DNA of 64,000 nt from Octopus sinensis (GCF_006345805.1 NC_043002.1:106888001-106952000), one strand, 5' to 3'; numbered from the stretch's first letter, positions 1-13,490 are shown. The notes: generated from the letters alone by a model not told the origin. Numbers and translations are program-made.

Positions 1-203
1 GGTCGATATAATCGACTTAATCCATTTGTCTGTCCTTGTTTGTCCCCTCTGTGTGTAGCCCCTTGTGGGTAGTAAAGAAATAAGAAAGAGGGCACCAGTA
101 GCACTTCTCTCTTGCACAAGACCAAACTGTATTTCATCTTGTCTTATCCTCTTTCAAACTAATTGGGCTGTAATTCTCTTTCTCTAACTTTCATGACCTG
201 GTC

Positions 204-495
204 AATTTGATACCCTTATAATCACTTTTTTAATTAGCAATTTGATACCTCTGTAATCACTTCTTTAATTAGCAATTTGATACCTCTGTAATCACTTCTT
301 TAATTAGCAATTTGATACCTCTGTAATCACTTCTTTAATTAGCAATTTGATACCTTTGTAATCACTTCTTTAATTAGCAATTTGATACCTTTGTAATCAC
401 TTCTTTAATTAGCAGTTTGATACCTCTATAATTCTTTAATTAGCAATTTGATATCTTTATAATTCTTTAATTAGCAATTTGATATCTTTATAATT
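204..495. repeat. 35-bp minisatellite, about 8 units
   Basis: aatttgatacctctgtaatcacttctttaattagc repeated; last units shortened. Confidence 0.95.
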
Positions 496-1828
496 ACATC
501 TATGTAAGGTATCTCTTTTACCCGTGTAATGCTGCTACATCAGTCATTAAGTATGGTACCTTCTCCTACAATCTGGGGTCAATGTAATCAACTAGACCCC
601 CCCCCCAATAATCTCAGGTTTCCTACTTGTACTAGGAAGGATTATTATTGTATTAAAACTCACAGCTTATTTTACTGGGGATGATGGAAAGTGTCAGCTG
701 TTTACTGGTTATTCTTCAAGAACTCTGCGAAGAATTCTTGCAGTTCCAAGCAATACTGATTTTTGTAGGTATTCTACCTTCACACTTGCACCAATGTCCC
801 TTGCCTTCCCCTTGTAGTAGAAAGGATTGTTGTTGTTGTTGTTGTAAGGCAGTGAGCTGGCAGAATCGTTAGCACATCAGGCAAAATGCTTAGCAAAATT
901 TTACCCATCTTTACATTCTGAGTTCAAATTTCACTGAGGTCGACTTTGCCTTTCATCTTTTTTTTTGGGGGGGGGGGGTCGATAAAATAAGTACCAGTTG
1001 CGTACTGGGGTTTGATGTAATTGACTCATCTCCTCCCCCAAAATTGCTGCCCTTGTGCCAAAACTTGAAAGCATTATTATTATTATTATTATTCATTGTT
1101 TAACGTCTGTTTTCCATGCTGGCATGGGTTGGGCAGTTTGACTGAGGTCTGGAGAGCCAGCGGCTGCACTAGGTTCCAGTCTGATCTGGCAATATTTCTA
1201 CAGCTGGATGCCCTTCCTAGCGCTAACAACTCCGCGAGTGTAGTGGGTGCTTTTTACATGCCACAGGCATGGGGGCCAGACAGTGGGTACTGTCATCAAC
1301 CATGTTTGGATGGTGCTTTTTACATGACACCAGCACAAGAGCCAGTCAGTGGGAACTGACGATAGCTACGATATTATTATTATTATTGAGTGAGAGAGCA
1401 GTTCATGCCATCAAAGTGACACTGGGGTAAAATATACGAAGCCCAATATACCCATCGTGACTACCCGTCTGATAAGGGTACACCAGGCACATGCATCACA
1501 ACCATATGTGCGCGACATGGTGATCTCATATCAAGATAAACAGCACATGACCTTGCAGGTGGGGCCCAGTTTGAATTTTCTTCAGGTTGAGTAGCCCATC
1601 CCGCTCAAAAGGTCCCTAAATAAGGGTTGTTTAAGGGTGTTGAAAGAACCACCCATGTTTCCAGAGGTGAATTATTCAAACCCCAAAGAATCCCTCTCAA
1701 CACATGGCTATGATGCTCCCCCACTACTTCTCTCTCATGATCAGAGATGTACATATCGTCAGCCACTAAGGGACATGCTCAACTGGTTACGGTCAAACAA
1801 CTGACAAGCAAATCTGTGGTATTGAGCA

Positions 1829-2060
1829 GGCGGCGAGCTGGCAGAAACGTTAACACGCCGGGCGAAATGCTTAGCGGTATTTCGTCTGCGTTACGTTGAG
1901 TTCAAATTCCGCCGGGGTCGACTTTGCCTTTCATCCTTTCGGGGTCGATAAATTAAGTACCAGTTACGCACTGGGGTCGATGTAATCGACTTAATACCTA
2001 TGTCTGTCCTTGTTTGTCCCCTCTGTGTTTAACCCCTTGTGGGTAATAAAGAAATAGGTA
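1829..2060 (+). mobile_element. tRNA-derived SINE family B (Ceph/Meta-like central domain) with TSD
   Basis: GGCGGCGAGCTGGCAGAA head, GAGTTCAAATTC B box, GCCTTTCATCCTTTCGGGGTCGATAAA domain; TSD ggtattgagcag; other copies at about 1-83, 846-1070, 2154-2355, 17505-17739, 29443-29678, 35891-36120, 47265-47500, 50097-50305 and 52038-52268. Confidence 0.88.
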
Positions 2061-3923
2061 TTGAGCAGAATATTTGCTGTAGCCCATCTTTATTATTATT
2101 ATTATTATTATTATCATTATTAATTATGGTGTCCTTGTACCAAAACTTGAAAACTGGCAGAATCGTTAGCACATCAGGTAAAATGTTTAGTGCCATTTCG
2201 TCCATCTGCACATTCTGAGTTTAAATTCTATGATGGTCGACTTTGTCTTTCGTCCTTTCAGGATCGATAAATTAAGTACCAGTCAAGTACTGGGGTTGAT
2301 GTAATCGACTATCCCCGTCCCCACAAATTCCAGGCCTTGTGCCTACAGTAGAAATTATTATTGTTGTTGTTGTTGTTATTTTATTTTATTTATGTGTTTT
2401 TTACTTTCAGTCTCTTAGTCTCTGGTTTTAATTTCAGTAAGTATACCATGTGAACAGGAAATAATATTGGAATGTAGTTTTGCTGTATTATTGGAATGAA
2501 ATATTGCTATGAGATTGGAATGTGGTGTTGCTAGAATATTGCCATTCCTAATATGTTGCTAGTTCATTGTGTCATGGCTCACATCTTACTAAGATATTGA
2601 CATTTTAGAATGTGCTTGCTCTTATTAACAATAGTATTGTCACATGCTGACACACAGGTGTGTTGTGTTGATGGCTAATAGTTTGATGACAAAGGGTCAG
2701 ATGATCCAACTGGAATAACCCTACAGGAAGAAGTGGTGAAAGCTAATTTCAGGGTTTCGGACCTCATAAAGCCGATAGATGAGGGCAACATTTGGTGAGA
2801 TTCTCTCTTGGAACAGAGCTTTGTAACCCATGCCAGCACGGAACTGCTGGTGATGTGCATAAATGGAAAGAGGCTGGAATGTAACAGGACAATTGGAAGG
2901 ATATGTAGTTCAGTTAGGTTGTCAGAGAAAGTAGATACTGGGAAAAGGCGTGGTCAGACGTGCAAGGAATTGGTGATGAAATATTATTAATTAGAAAATA
3001 AAAGAAAAAGGGGAAAGAATAGAGAAAAATTTGAGGGAGTTCTTATCTCAAACTTTCAGTGACTGTAGGGATATCACATAGAGTAAGCATATACTAATTA
3101 CTTTCAGTGGCGCTAAATAGAAGTGTGCCACAGGCAGTATTCATAAAGAGAACATCTTGTTGCAGTTATTTGACTGGCCATGCTGGAGCACCACCTTTAG
3201 TCGAACAAATTGCCAACAGGACTTATTCGTAAGCCTAGTACTTATTCTATGGGTCTCTTTTGCTGAACCACGAAGTTACAGGGATGTAAACAAACCATCA
3301 CCAGTTGTCAGGTGGTGGCAGGGGATGAACACAGAAACAAAGACATACACACACATAAGTATATGACAAGCTTCTTTCAGTTTCATCTACCTAAGTCCAC
3401 CAAATTCACTCACAAGGCTTTGGTTGGCCTGAGGCTATTCTAAAAGAAAACACTTGCCCAAGGTGCCACGTAGTGGGACTGGACCTGGAACCATGTGGTT
3501 GGTAAGCAAGCTACTTACCACACAGCCACTCCTGCACCTATAGCTATTCAATTTTATTAACTTACTTTAATTTAGTTTTATCCATTTGCCAGTACCGCCT
3601 GACTGGCACGTAAAAGCACCCACTACACTCTCATTGTGATTGGCGTTAGGAAGGGCATCCAGCTGTAGAAACTCTGCCAGATCAGATTGGGGCCTGGTGC
3701 AGCCATCTGGTTCGCCAGTCCTCAGTCAAATTGTCCAACGCATACTAGCATGGAAAGTGGACATTAAATGATGATGATGATATTACTATATCTCTGTCGA
3801 AATACACTGCCATTGTTTCAATTAATTTTGTGAATGATAAAGAATTTAGTAAAACAATTAATATTCAGCTGGTGTTTGGAACATAAATTAAGGTAGAATG
3901 TTGAAGGATGGTTTTAATTTAGA

Positions 3924-4325
3924 CTAGCAGTATCGCTCGGTGTTGCTCGGGTTTGTAAGGGAAATAACTATATAAGCATTTTTAGAGATGTAAAGTATAA
4001 TAGCCATCTCAATATGGCTAACCACAAAGGATGGGGGTGTTACTGTAGCTTTTTACGTTCTGAGATTTAATAATACATTTTTAGAGAGTTACTTCCCTTA
4101 TATAATAGCAAAAAAATGCATTAAAAAATGGGAGAAAATGATGGTAAATTTTTTTTAAAATCATAGACTCATCGTAGACGCACACTAATACCCAGAAGGG
4201 CTCGATATGAATCACGACTATAAGATACCTGGTTTTGGTTACACTGCACCGCAAAATGTGGGAGTAGTTAGGAATCTAAATTGTAGGAGACAGACACCAC
4301 ACAACTTCAGTTATATATATAAAGA
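3924..4325 (-). mobile_element. Non-autonomous Helitron
   Basis: On minus strand 5'-TC...GC-rich subterminal hairpin...CTAG-3', between A and T with no TSD; four copies in window; this one interrupts a decayed TTAA-MITE-like sequence. Confidence 0.85.
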
Positions 4326-5255
4326 TTACTTGTTGGTCTCAGGCGGATTGGTCTTAAAAGTGTTGAGGGATGTCAAGGGGACATAATTCTGGACCATTTA
4401 TTTTAAATAAATGGTTGAAATAACTAATTAAGGATGGTGGCTTGTTACATTCATTACAATCTCCTTCCATTTTGTGTCTGTGGTGCTCTGCTATCCAGCA
4501 GCACATCAATATTTGCACTGACGTAACATGGTGTAGCCTGATGAGCTGAGAGGTTCTCTTTTGGCGTTTTGCAGTATATTAGAGATGTTGCAATTCACAC
4601 ATCCTTGCCTGTACGATGTTACAATACAAGAAAATCTCCCAAAGAAATGATTGTAGTGACACCATGTAATCCAGTCATTTGTTATTCTACAGCACACTGA
4701 AGTTCTCTTCAGCATTGGATACTCTTAAAATTGATGATTACCAACCACCACCTGTGGACTTTCTGAATTGTTTACCTGTTGATTTGTGTTTTACCATATA
4801 GTCAGTAATGTTATTGATGTGGTGTGCTTCACTTTGATATGCCCTGATCTTTATTGATCTTTTAAATCAATATATATATATATATATTAATAATAATTTA
4901 ATAAATAAAACATATGCATACATACATACATACATATATGTACATACCTACATCTATATGTATATATACATGCATATATGAGTACAGGACACCACAAATA
5001 AACGTAGAACACAACGAGAAACGAAAACATAAAATCAAACAAGGAAACGGACTTTTTTTAACAACGAAAAAACAGAGTACAAGACAAACAATACAAGGAA
5101 TATTCCCCTTCATCAGCTGCCCCTGTTTCGACTCAATGCGTGTTTCGAAGGTAAGGGCAGAACACGATCCGGCCGAAGCAGTCCTTCCTGCAAAATGAAT
5201 TAAATAAAATTCTTTTGCAGAGGGGTAAAAAAAAGTGACAAGAACATATATATAT

Positions 5256-5334
<79 letters not shown>

Positions 5335-5453
5335 TTTACAAGGAAAAGCTTGACTGTGACTTTGAAGTTTTGGCTTTCTTACCTTTGTCAAACTATCTGA
5401 TGAAGGCAAGCAAGTCAAAACTTTGAAGTTACTGTCAACCTTTTCCTTGTAAA
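5335..5453. repeat. Short foldback element carrying a CpG-decayed hammerhead-like core
   Basis: Arms of about 57 bp pair with a few mismatches; right arm CTGATGA-A-GGC-aagcaa-GTC-AAAA-CTTTGAAG-TT. Confidence 0.75.
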
Positions 5454-5564
5454 TATTTAATAAGTATGTATTCTACTAAAAGTATTGTGTAATTTTTCAG
5501 TTTAATACTAAATTGTTATATATATATATATAGAATTCGACATGAAAATAAGCATAAACATATA

Positions 5565-5602
<38 letters not shown>

Positions 5603-5604
5603 TA

Positions 5605-6005
5605 TTACAAGTTCAGGTTTATACCTATAATTCTTATGACCCTGGGATATGTAACACACGGCCTAAATACCAATCTTGAGAAATTAGGCTCCTCAAAACC
5701 AGGAAAGAGAAAGCTAATTCGAAGACTACATATCAAATCCATATCCATCATTGGAACTGTAAAAATCTGTAAAACTTTCTAGAAGTTTATCATTTAAATA
5801 TATATGAGCATGTCTAGATATGCAACTATATGCATGAGAATACGTACAAATCTACACACATGCGCACACACATACATACATACATACATACATACACACA
5901 CCCTGTTGTTTATGTTGAAATTCTAATGAAGGAACCTTGTGTCTAAGTTAGAAACTGGCTCTTTCTCTCTTGGCAAGAAATCTTGAAATAAAACTGAACA
6001 ATGAC
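5605..6005 (+). mobile_element. Second, more truncated copy of the R4/Dong-like LINE 3' end, in a CA/TA microsatellite
   Basis: Clear similarity to 14740-15090. Confidence 0.75.
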
Positions 6006-7215
6006 ACCAGACACACACACACACACACAGTTAAAACATACGCACACATGCATTCATATACATATGTATGTGTGCGTATATGTTTTACCCGTCGAAACAC
6101 AATATATTGAGCCAGGATTATTGCTTTGGTCTGTTTAGATTTTGTGGTTTCTTCTTTAAATGACCCAGCAAAGTATTTTTCTGAATTGTGATGCTCTGTA
6201 CTTGTGCTAGTATCTACTTTATACTAACTCAGTAACACAATAACCCAATCAGTATATCGTTTCATGATGCTATTGGATCGTATGTTGTTATTCCAGGAGT
6301 TGTTGTGTCCATTATAAATTTATATGTAATGCCATGTTTGTACAGTAAGGTATGGATGGATGGACAGACGGATGTTTGTTTGTTACTGAGTGACTCAAGA
6401 GGCAGGAGTTTTGTGCTTTGGCATTCATCAAATCCATGTTTTCAGTTGTATTTTTCCTGTTTTTTTATTTCGCTAAACTTAAGGATATAAATGTTCACTT
6501 TTAACATCCACTTTTCTACGCTTGCATGGGTTGATCTAGGGCCTTAGTACAACACACTTGCCCAAGGTGTCACGCTGTGGTACTGAACCGAAGACCACAG
6601 GGTTGGGAAGTAAGATTCTTAACCACACAGTCACCCACCCCCCTTGATACCATGTCCCTCTCTTACTGTCCAGCACCATTTCACTTGTTGTCATTCTTCA
6701 TCCATTAATATACCCACTCATTATTACAGCCATCCCATACCCCTTCAGACCACCAAATTATCTCTTCACGGGCACTGTGCCCCGCCCTTCTCTCTCCTCC
6801 CTGCCCCTGCAACCTACCCAAACACATCCCTCTTTCCCTCCCCCCTGTCAACTGTATCATCATTACTGTCCCTTCTACTTCAACTTGTGCACCTCCCATC
6901 TTTGTATCCATCACTCCCGCCATCTGCCCTTCGGCCCTTCCCAATCTTCACAAACGTTGCCTGTCTTCCTCTCTTGCAATTGCTCCTATCTCTCCCTTAC
7001 TCTGGAAAGTCCACACCCACACACACACACTCCTAGCTCCTCTGTCCCCACTCACTACTCCTCACCTCATACCTTAAGGCGCTACCTCAACCCCCATCCC
7101 TCTATCTCTTTGGACTTACCGTTGTTTCATTCTCACTCTCTCCCTTAAATGTGAGCGGCCATGTAGCTTTTCCACAAGAGCCTCTTCCACGCCAAGTTCT
7201 TCTCTCACGCCTTAA

Positions 7216-7434
7216 CCCTTTAGTGTTCAGATTATTCTATCAAACATAATGCTTATTGATTCCCATTGATTTGAATTAATCATGCATTATCCCATATCTT
7301 CAAGATCTTGATGGTGTAATTACTTAATGTAGAATAACATTGTAGGGTAGGTGTGAGAGCCTGGATCTGGTCAGTTTGAGCATAAAACAGATTAAATATT
7401 TTGGCCGGATATGGCCGGTTTAAATACTAAAGGG
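7216..7434. mobile_element. piggyBac-type MITE family 1 (TTAA-CCCTTTAG...CTAAAGGG-TTAA)
   Basis: TTAA TSD and CCC/GGG TIRs; related copies at about 15428-15635, 41573-41793 and 49018-49226. Confidence 0.85.
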
Positions 7435-7729
7435 TTAAACCCCCATCTAACATAAGGGGTTTTATTGACTTGCAAACTGCAGAACGACTTCAACAGTGCT
7501 GGTACCACAGAAAAAGGACCCAGTACACACAGGTTTCCTTGCTTAGAAACAGGTGGGGTTTGGCGACAGGATGGACATCTGACCACAGAAAATCTGCTTC
7601 AGTTAATTCCATCCTCTCCATTCAAGCATCGGAACATGGATGTTAAAATGATGATGATGATGCGCAAAATGTAGTTTTTATTATTATTATTAACAAATGT
7701 CAAAATCTTGCTTTATTATTCATTCACAG

Positions 7730-7866
7730 GCGTCAAATCTCGTCTTGGACTCCAACGATGTTCAGAAGTAAGCTCCACTGCAGATGACCCCCAAGACACA
7801 GAACCTCTCAATGGTGACAGCAGTGGGGTCTTCAGTCGTCTTGGGCGGCCCATACTGAAATCATGA
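7730..7866 (+). CDS. C19orf47: Terminal coding exon of a probable C19orf47-like gene (upstream exons not identified)
   Basis: cattcacag|GC acceptor; VKSRLGLQRCSEVSSTADDPQDTEPLNGDSSGVFSRLGRPILKS*; two xRLG motifs and a C-terminal VFxRLGR as recalled for C19orf47; AATAAA at about 7879. Other RLG-motif proteins are not excluded. Confidence 0.55.
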
Positions 7867-10800
7867 AGTCTCCACTGTAATAAAACCATTGTACATCTTT
7901 CCATACAGACCAGTTTCATACACATCCATACACACACACACATACATACATACACTTACAGGTATACACATACATATCACACACACACGCACACACTTAT
8001 ATATATACACATCCACATATTTTGCATTTTTATACAGATCTCACGAATGCACATATTACACAAACACATGCTCACACACACACACAGACACATACATATA
8101 CATACGTGTGTGTGTACACCAACCATATAATGCCCACCACCACTACTTGCAGTTTGACCAAACTATGCAATCAAAAACTGACAATGTACCATGAAAAAAT
8201 ATTCTCCCCCTCCTCTCTCTCGCCTCCCCACCCAAGAAAACATTAAAAAAAAAAGCTGAACAGTGTTCCCCGCACAATTATCAGTTTACTCTTCCTCCTC
8301 CCCGCCCCGCCCCCCCTCTCACTATTTGAGAAGATATATTTATTTAAATTTTTGATGAACAAAATTTCTGCTCTCCTCCCCTGTTTTAATTTCCCCCCTG
8401 ATTAATTTCAACATAAACAGTCGTCAGCCCCCTATTTTCTTATATTTGTCTGCAATTCATTGCTATTCCCCTTTCTCCTCCATAGAGTTTTCCACTGAAG
8501 ACAGTTCTGTAACAATGACATTATTCTCCCTTGAAGTCTACAACATCAGAAGCAGCAGCAGACCCTCTACAGACTTGCAAAATTCCTCTTCCTGTGGAAA
8601 TGGTCTAAATTAGTTGTTACTGTTTTTTTTTTTTTTTTATATTCTTTATTTTTACTCAAATAATTTCTTTTCATTGCTCAAACCAATGATTCCTGCTTTG
8701 TAATGCAGATATTTTAGCAACAATGCTGATTGTTCAGCAATTTTAGTTAGATGTCTGCTGAATTGCTCACTATAGTAGTGATAATATGGACAGATGTATG
8801 TATGTATGGATGGTCATATATGGTCACCATGTAACAACACTTCAAGGAACAAACAAAGGATGATTTCTTCAAAGTTTGTTAATTAGTTCGTTAAGAAAGT
8901 TGAGGAGCAGCAGTAACGTCCTCTGCTAAATGCCTCACACAATAATATTTAGTTTGTTACATTTATGTTCTAAGTTAAAATTCTGCCAGGTTTAACTTCA
9001 CTTTTCACGTCTCTCTAAACACATTGGGGCCAATTCAGTTAATTACAGGTGTACAAATTAGCAACATGCCACCTGAAATAGAACCAGGACTCTATATGTT
9101 ATACAGGTATCTCTCCTTGTCGGCCATATGTATTTTTGATTCTCATACGATCCCAGTCGTGGCATTGTGGTTAAGAAGTTTGCTTTATAGCTACATGGTT
9201 TGGGGATCAAACCCACTACACTGCTAAGTATCTTCTACCACAGTCTTGTGCTGACTAAAAGCCTTGTAAAGGAAATTTGGTTGACAAAAGCTATGTGGAA
9301 ACCTGTTTGAAAGGGTTCACTCCTGTTTGTAGGTGGCTGACTTAATCTGGCACTTCCCCATGACCTGTTTTTATGGCCTTCAAGACTGGCAGAAGAAATG
9401 GAGAAGTTATCCTCAGACGTGGGACCTAACCCAAATGCTTTCAACAACAGAGCAGATTCCACTAAAAGTCATAGGTATTGCCCTTTTGCCCTTCCTCTTC
9501 TCCCTAAACCATAAAGAAAAACAAGAAAACCCCAAAAAGATTTAAAAATTAAGGAAATATGTGATCTACTTTTAATGTAGACTAAAGAAATATATTTTAA
9601 AAATTCAGGTTTTATGTGTGTGTTATTACATTTTTTTGGAAAAAAAAATATTTGTTTTTGTCTTAGCCAGAAGTGAAGAGCTGCTACTTCTGCAATAACA
9701 TGCAATGCCAAAGTGGGGACCTGTATATGACCACATGGTGATTTACTTAAAATATCTCCAGGTGCAGACGTAGCTGTGTTGTTAAGAACTTTGCCTCCCA
9801 ACCACATGATTCCAGTTTCAGTTTCCTGTGTGGCACTTTAGACAAGTGTCTTCCATTTTAGCCCCAGCCTGACCAAAGCCCTGTGAGTGGATTTGATAGA
9901 TGGAAACTGTAAGAAGCCTATTGTATGAGTGGGTACATATATGCTTATGCCTCCTTGTCTTGACATCAAGTGATAGTTGTAAATGAGTGTCACTGTTATA
10001 CAGGCAGTGTCGTTCATTGCCAGTCATGTGTGAAAACCTGTCTGGCTGTGGGGAAATATTACCTTGCATGGAAACAGGTGAGGTTTGGCATCAGGAAGGG
10101 CAGCCAACTTAGAGAAAATTGGCCTCAGTAAGCTCTACTCGACTTCTGCAAATGGATGTTAAAACAACGACGATGATCTTCATAAAAAGGCAAGTTTACC
10201 TCGATACGCTATCTGAATAGATGAAATGGTCACAGCTGGAATGTCTCGGATCAGGGCTGAGTTAAATGATTTGTATACATCATCATCATCGTTTAACGTC
10301 CGCTTTCCATGCTAGCATGGGTTGGACAATTTGGCTGAGGTCTGGCGAACCAGATGGCTGCACCAGGCTTCAATCTTGATCTGGCAGTGTTTCTACAGCT
10401 GGATGCCCTTCCTAATGCCAACCACTCTACAAGAGTGTAGTGGGTGCTTTTACATTCCACCGGCACGGAGGCGAGTCAGGCGGTACTGGCAACGACCTCG
10501 CTCGAATCTTTTACACATGCCACCGGCATGGGTGCCAGTAAGGCGATGCTGGTAACGATCATGCTCGAATGGTGCCCTTTTACATGCCACCAGCACAGGG
10601 GCCAGATAGCCGCTCTGGCAATGATCACGCTCGGATGGTGCTCTTTGTATAGATATACTATGCAAAAGATCTCTGTACAAAATATACAATAGAGTTGTTA
10701 TAGTTTGTATGCATTGGTTAGTCAAGGGTCATAATAGATGCTTGTCCACAGTTGCATGCTTTGGGAATAAATGTAGTTTTAGATTCATTCTCACTTTATT

Positions 10801-11199
10801 GTACCATGACTAGATAGATGTCTTTTATTTTGGCTTCAGACTGACCCATGGCTTGTGATTGATGGTTTTGATTGACAAAGTTTAAGAAGGTCATTGTATA
10901 TGTGTGAGGCATTCCTTCATCTTGACGTTGTTTGCACACATAAAAACAAAGGCCACTGGTTGTACAATGGTGTTTACAAATGGCCTTTAACACACATCCA
11001 ACCATTGTTGATGTTTGTTGTTCAAAGGATTGGAAGGTTGGAAACTGGTGAGTGTTAGTGACATGGAGAGCATCTGGTTGTAGAAAAGCTGTTTGTCAAA
11101 GATTTGTCTGACCCATGCCAGCACACATGGCAAGGTGGATGTTAGTCATGATGATGATGTGTTATTGATAATACCTAGAAGAAGGTTCTTCGTTTCTAC

Positions 11200-11640
11200 T
11201 CACCAAAGTGAATGATGCTTTGGCCAAGAGGAACTGATATCATCAGACAGTATCCGAAGATCAGGTGTTTCAACCCTGAACTGAAACACCCTCCCGTTGG
11301 TGGGTCAGTCGACCTGGCCAAATCACTGCTCATAATCTCTTCCTGGCCTCCAGCTTAACTCCTCTCGCTTGCTCCATAACCAATAAGAGGATCTTTCTCC
11401 TGCCTCTCCCATCCTGTGCTCAGTCACCTTTTGCTCTTTTCCTCTCATCCCAATGGCTGTGAGCATCCTCCATACCTACAGGGCAGGGAATCCCCTACAG
11501 CAAACCTCAACTGGGAAAAACCATGACTGCCATCCCTTCTCCCTGCAATTCTACAGAAGGTTCCTTTACTTGGTGCGTTCCCAGTTGTACACCTGGTCAC
11601 ACCCTTCTTCCCATTGGACCGCAAGCCCAGTCAAGATTAT
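11200..11640 (-). mobile_element. HERO/R2-superclade non-LTR retrotransposon 3' end (REL endonuclease relic)
   Basis: Minus translation with stops: LAVQWEEGC...CREKGWQSWFFPVEVCCRGFP...VWRMLTAIG...RMGEAGERSSYWLW. Confidence 0.75.
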
Positions 11641-12777
11641 TTTCTTATATATTTAAGTGCAAGCGTAGCTGTGTGATAAGATGCTTGCCTTCCAACCACA
11701 TGGTCCCAAGTTCAATCTCACTGCATGGCAACTTCAGCAATCGTCTTCTATATAGCCTTGAACCAACCAAAGTTTTGTGAGTAGATCTGGTAAGCAAAAA
11801 CTGAGAGAAGCCTTTTGAATATACATAAGTGTCTGTTACTATCCTGCCCTGACATCACATGATACTTGTAAGCAAATATCACTGTTTTGCAGGGACATAT
11901 CACCACACTTGGAAACGGGTTAGTGTTGGCAACAGGAAGAGTATCCTACCATAAAAAATCTGCCTCAACAAATTCCTCCCAAGCCATGCCAGCATGGAAA
12001 AGTGAACATTAAAATGATGATGTATATATTACATACACTATATTTAGTTATACTATGTAGTTGCTGGCCGTTGTCAGCCTCGCTTGGCCCCCGTGCCGGT
12101 GGCACATAAAAAGCACCATCCGTCCGTGGCCGTTTGCCAGCCCTGTCAGGCACCTATGCAGGTGGCATGTAGAAAGCACCCACTACACTCACGGAGTGGT
12201 TGGCGTTAGGAAGGGCAGCCTTCTGGCTTCCCAGACCCCGGTTGAACCGTCCAACCCATGCTAGCATGGAAAGCGGACACTAAATGATGATGATGAGTTA
12301 GAATATAGAATGTCACATGGTGTTGGCGAAAGAGGCCAATACAATAAGTACTAAGCTTTAAAAGAAAATAGTGCTGGGGTAGATTCATTGAGCAAAAATT
12401 CTTCTATGCCCCAGCATGGTCGCAGTCTAATGAATGAAGCAAGAGGGTTAACAGTTTTTGATGCTGAAATCTGCTGATGTTACTTCTATTGCTTTTCATT
12501 AGGTCGATATTTAAAGACTGATCGAAAATCTAATGGGTCACGGGCGATTCGAGATCAGGAATTCGGTTTCCCGTCATGGAACGGTTTCAAGAACGGCATG
12601 TACGTCACACACTCGAACCACCTCAGCATTTCTCTCATTGCAAAAGTTACACTTAGTCTCGGTAAAAGATTTTTATGTCCTAGAAAATTGACCGTTGCCA
12701 TTTGAAGGAGCGAAGTGCAAGGGAGGTAACTCTAGAGAAATAAATGCTTCACAGCTGCTAACGTTCAATGGTAGCAA

Positions 12778-13490
12778 AGCGGCGAGCTGGCAGAGTCGTT
12801 AGCACGCAGGGCGAAATGCGTAGCTGTATTTCGTCTGCCGTAACGTTCTGAGTTCAAATTCCGCCGCGGTCGACTTTGCCTTTCATGCTTTCGGGGTCGA
12901 TAAATTAAGTACCAGTTACGCACTGGGGTCGATTTAATCCGTTTGTCCTCTCTGTGTTTAGCCCCATGTGGGTAGTAAAGAAATAGGTATTTCGCCTGTC
13001 TTTACGTTCTGAGTTCAAATTCTGCCGAGGTCGACTTTGCTTTCATGCTTTCGGAGTCGATGAATTAAGTACCTGTTATGCACTGGGGTCGATATAATCC
13101 ATTTAATCCGTTTGTCCTCTCTGTGTTTAGCTCCATGTGGGTAGTAAAGAAATAGGTATTTCACCTGTCTTTACGTTCTGAGTTCAAATTCTGCCGAGGT
13201 CGACTTTGCTTTCATGCTTTCGGAGTCGATGAATTAAGTACCTGTTATGCACTGGGGTCGATATAATCCATTTAATCCGTTTGTCCTCTCTGTGTTTAGC
13301 TCCATGTGGGTAGTAAAGAAATAGGTATTTCACCTGTCTTTACGTTCTGAGTTCAAATTCCGCCGAGGTCGACTTTGCCTTTCATGCTTTCGGGGTCGAT
13401 AAATTAAGTACCAATTGCGTACTGGGGGTTGATCTAATCGACTGGTTCCCTCCCCCAAAATTTCGGGCCTTGTGCCTTGAGTAAAAGAAT
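12778..13490 (+). mobile_element. Tandem array of four family-B SINE units
   Basis: acgttctgagttcaaatt recurs at about 12843, 13003, 13173 and 13342; only the first unit has the 5' head; the last has a different 3' tail. Confidence 0.9.

Noticed and set aside
5085-5165. Minus-strand CUGAUGA (5110-5116) flanked by two hairpins in a (TA)n-embedded element
   Set aside because: Stem II is followed by GUAU rather than GAAA, and the nearby GAAAC motifs are in the wrong order; not callable as a hammerhead, though the element may be PLE-related
4898-5426. YI/IY/CV-rich ORFs here and at 20972-21771 and 53056-53428
   Set aside because: Translations of (TA)n and (TG)n microsatellites and SINEs
6644-7148. 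Pro/Ser/Leu-rich ORFs here and at 47938-48258 and 53833-54240
   Set aside because: Pyrimidine-rich low-complexity sequence, open in several frames, with no splice or homology support
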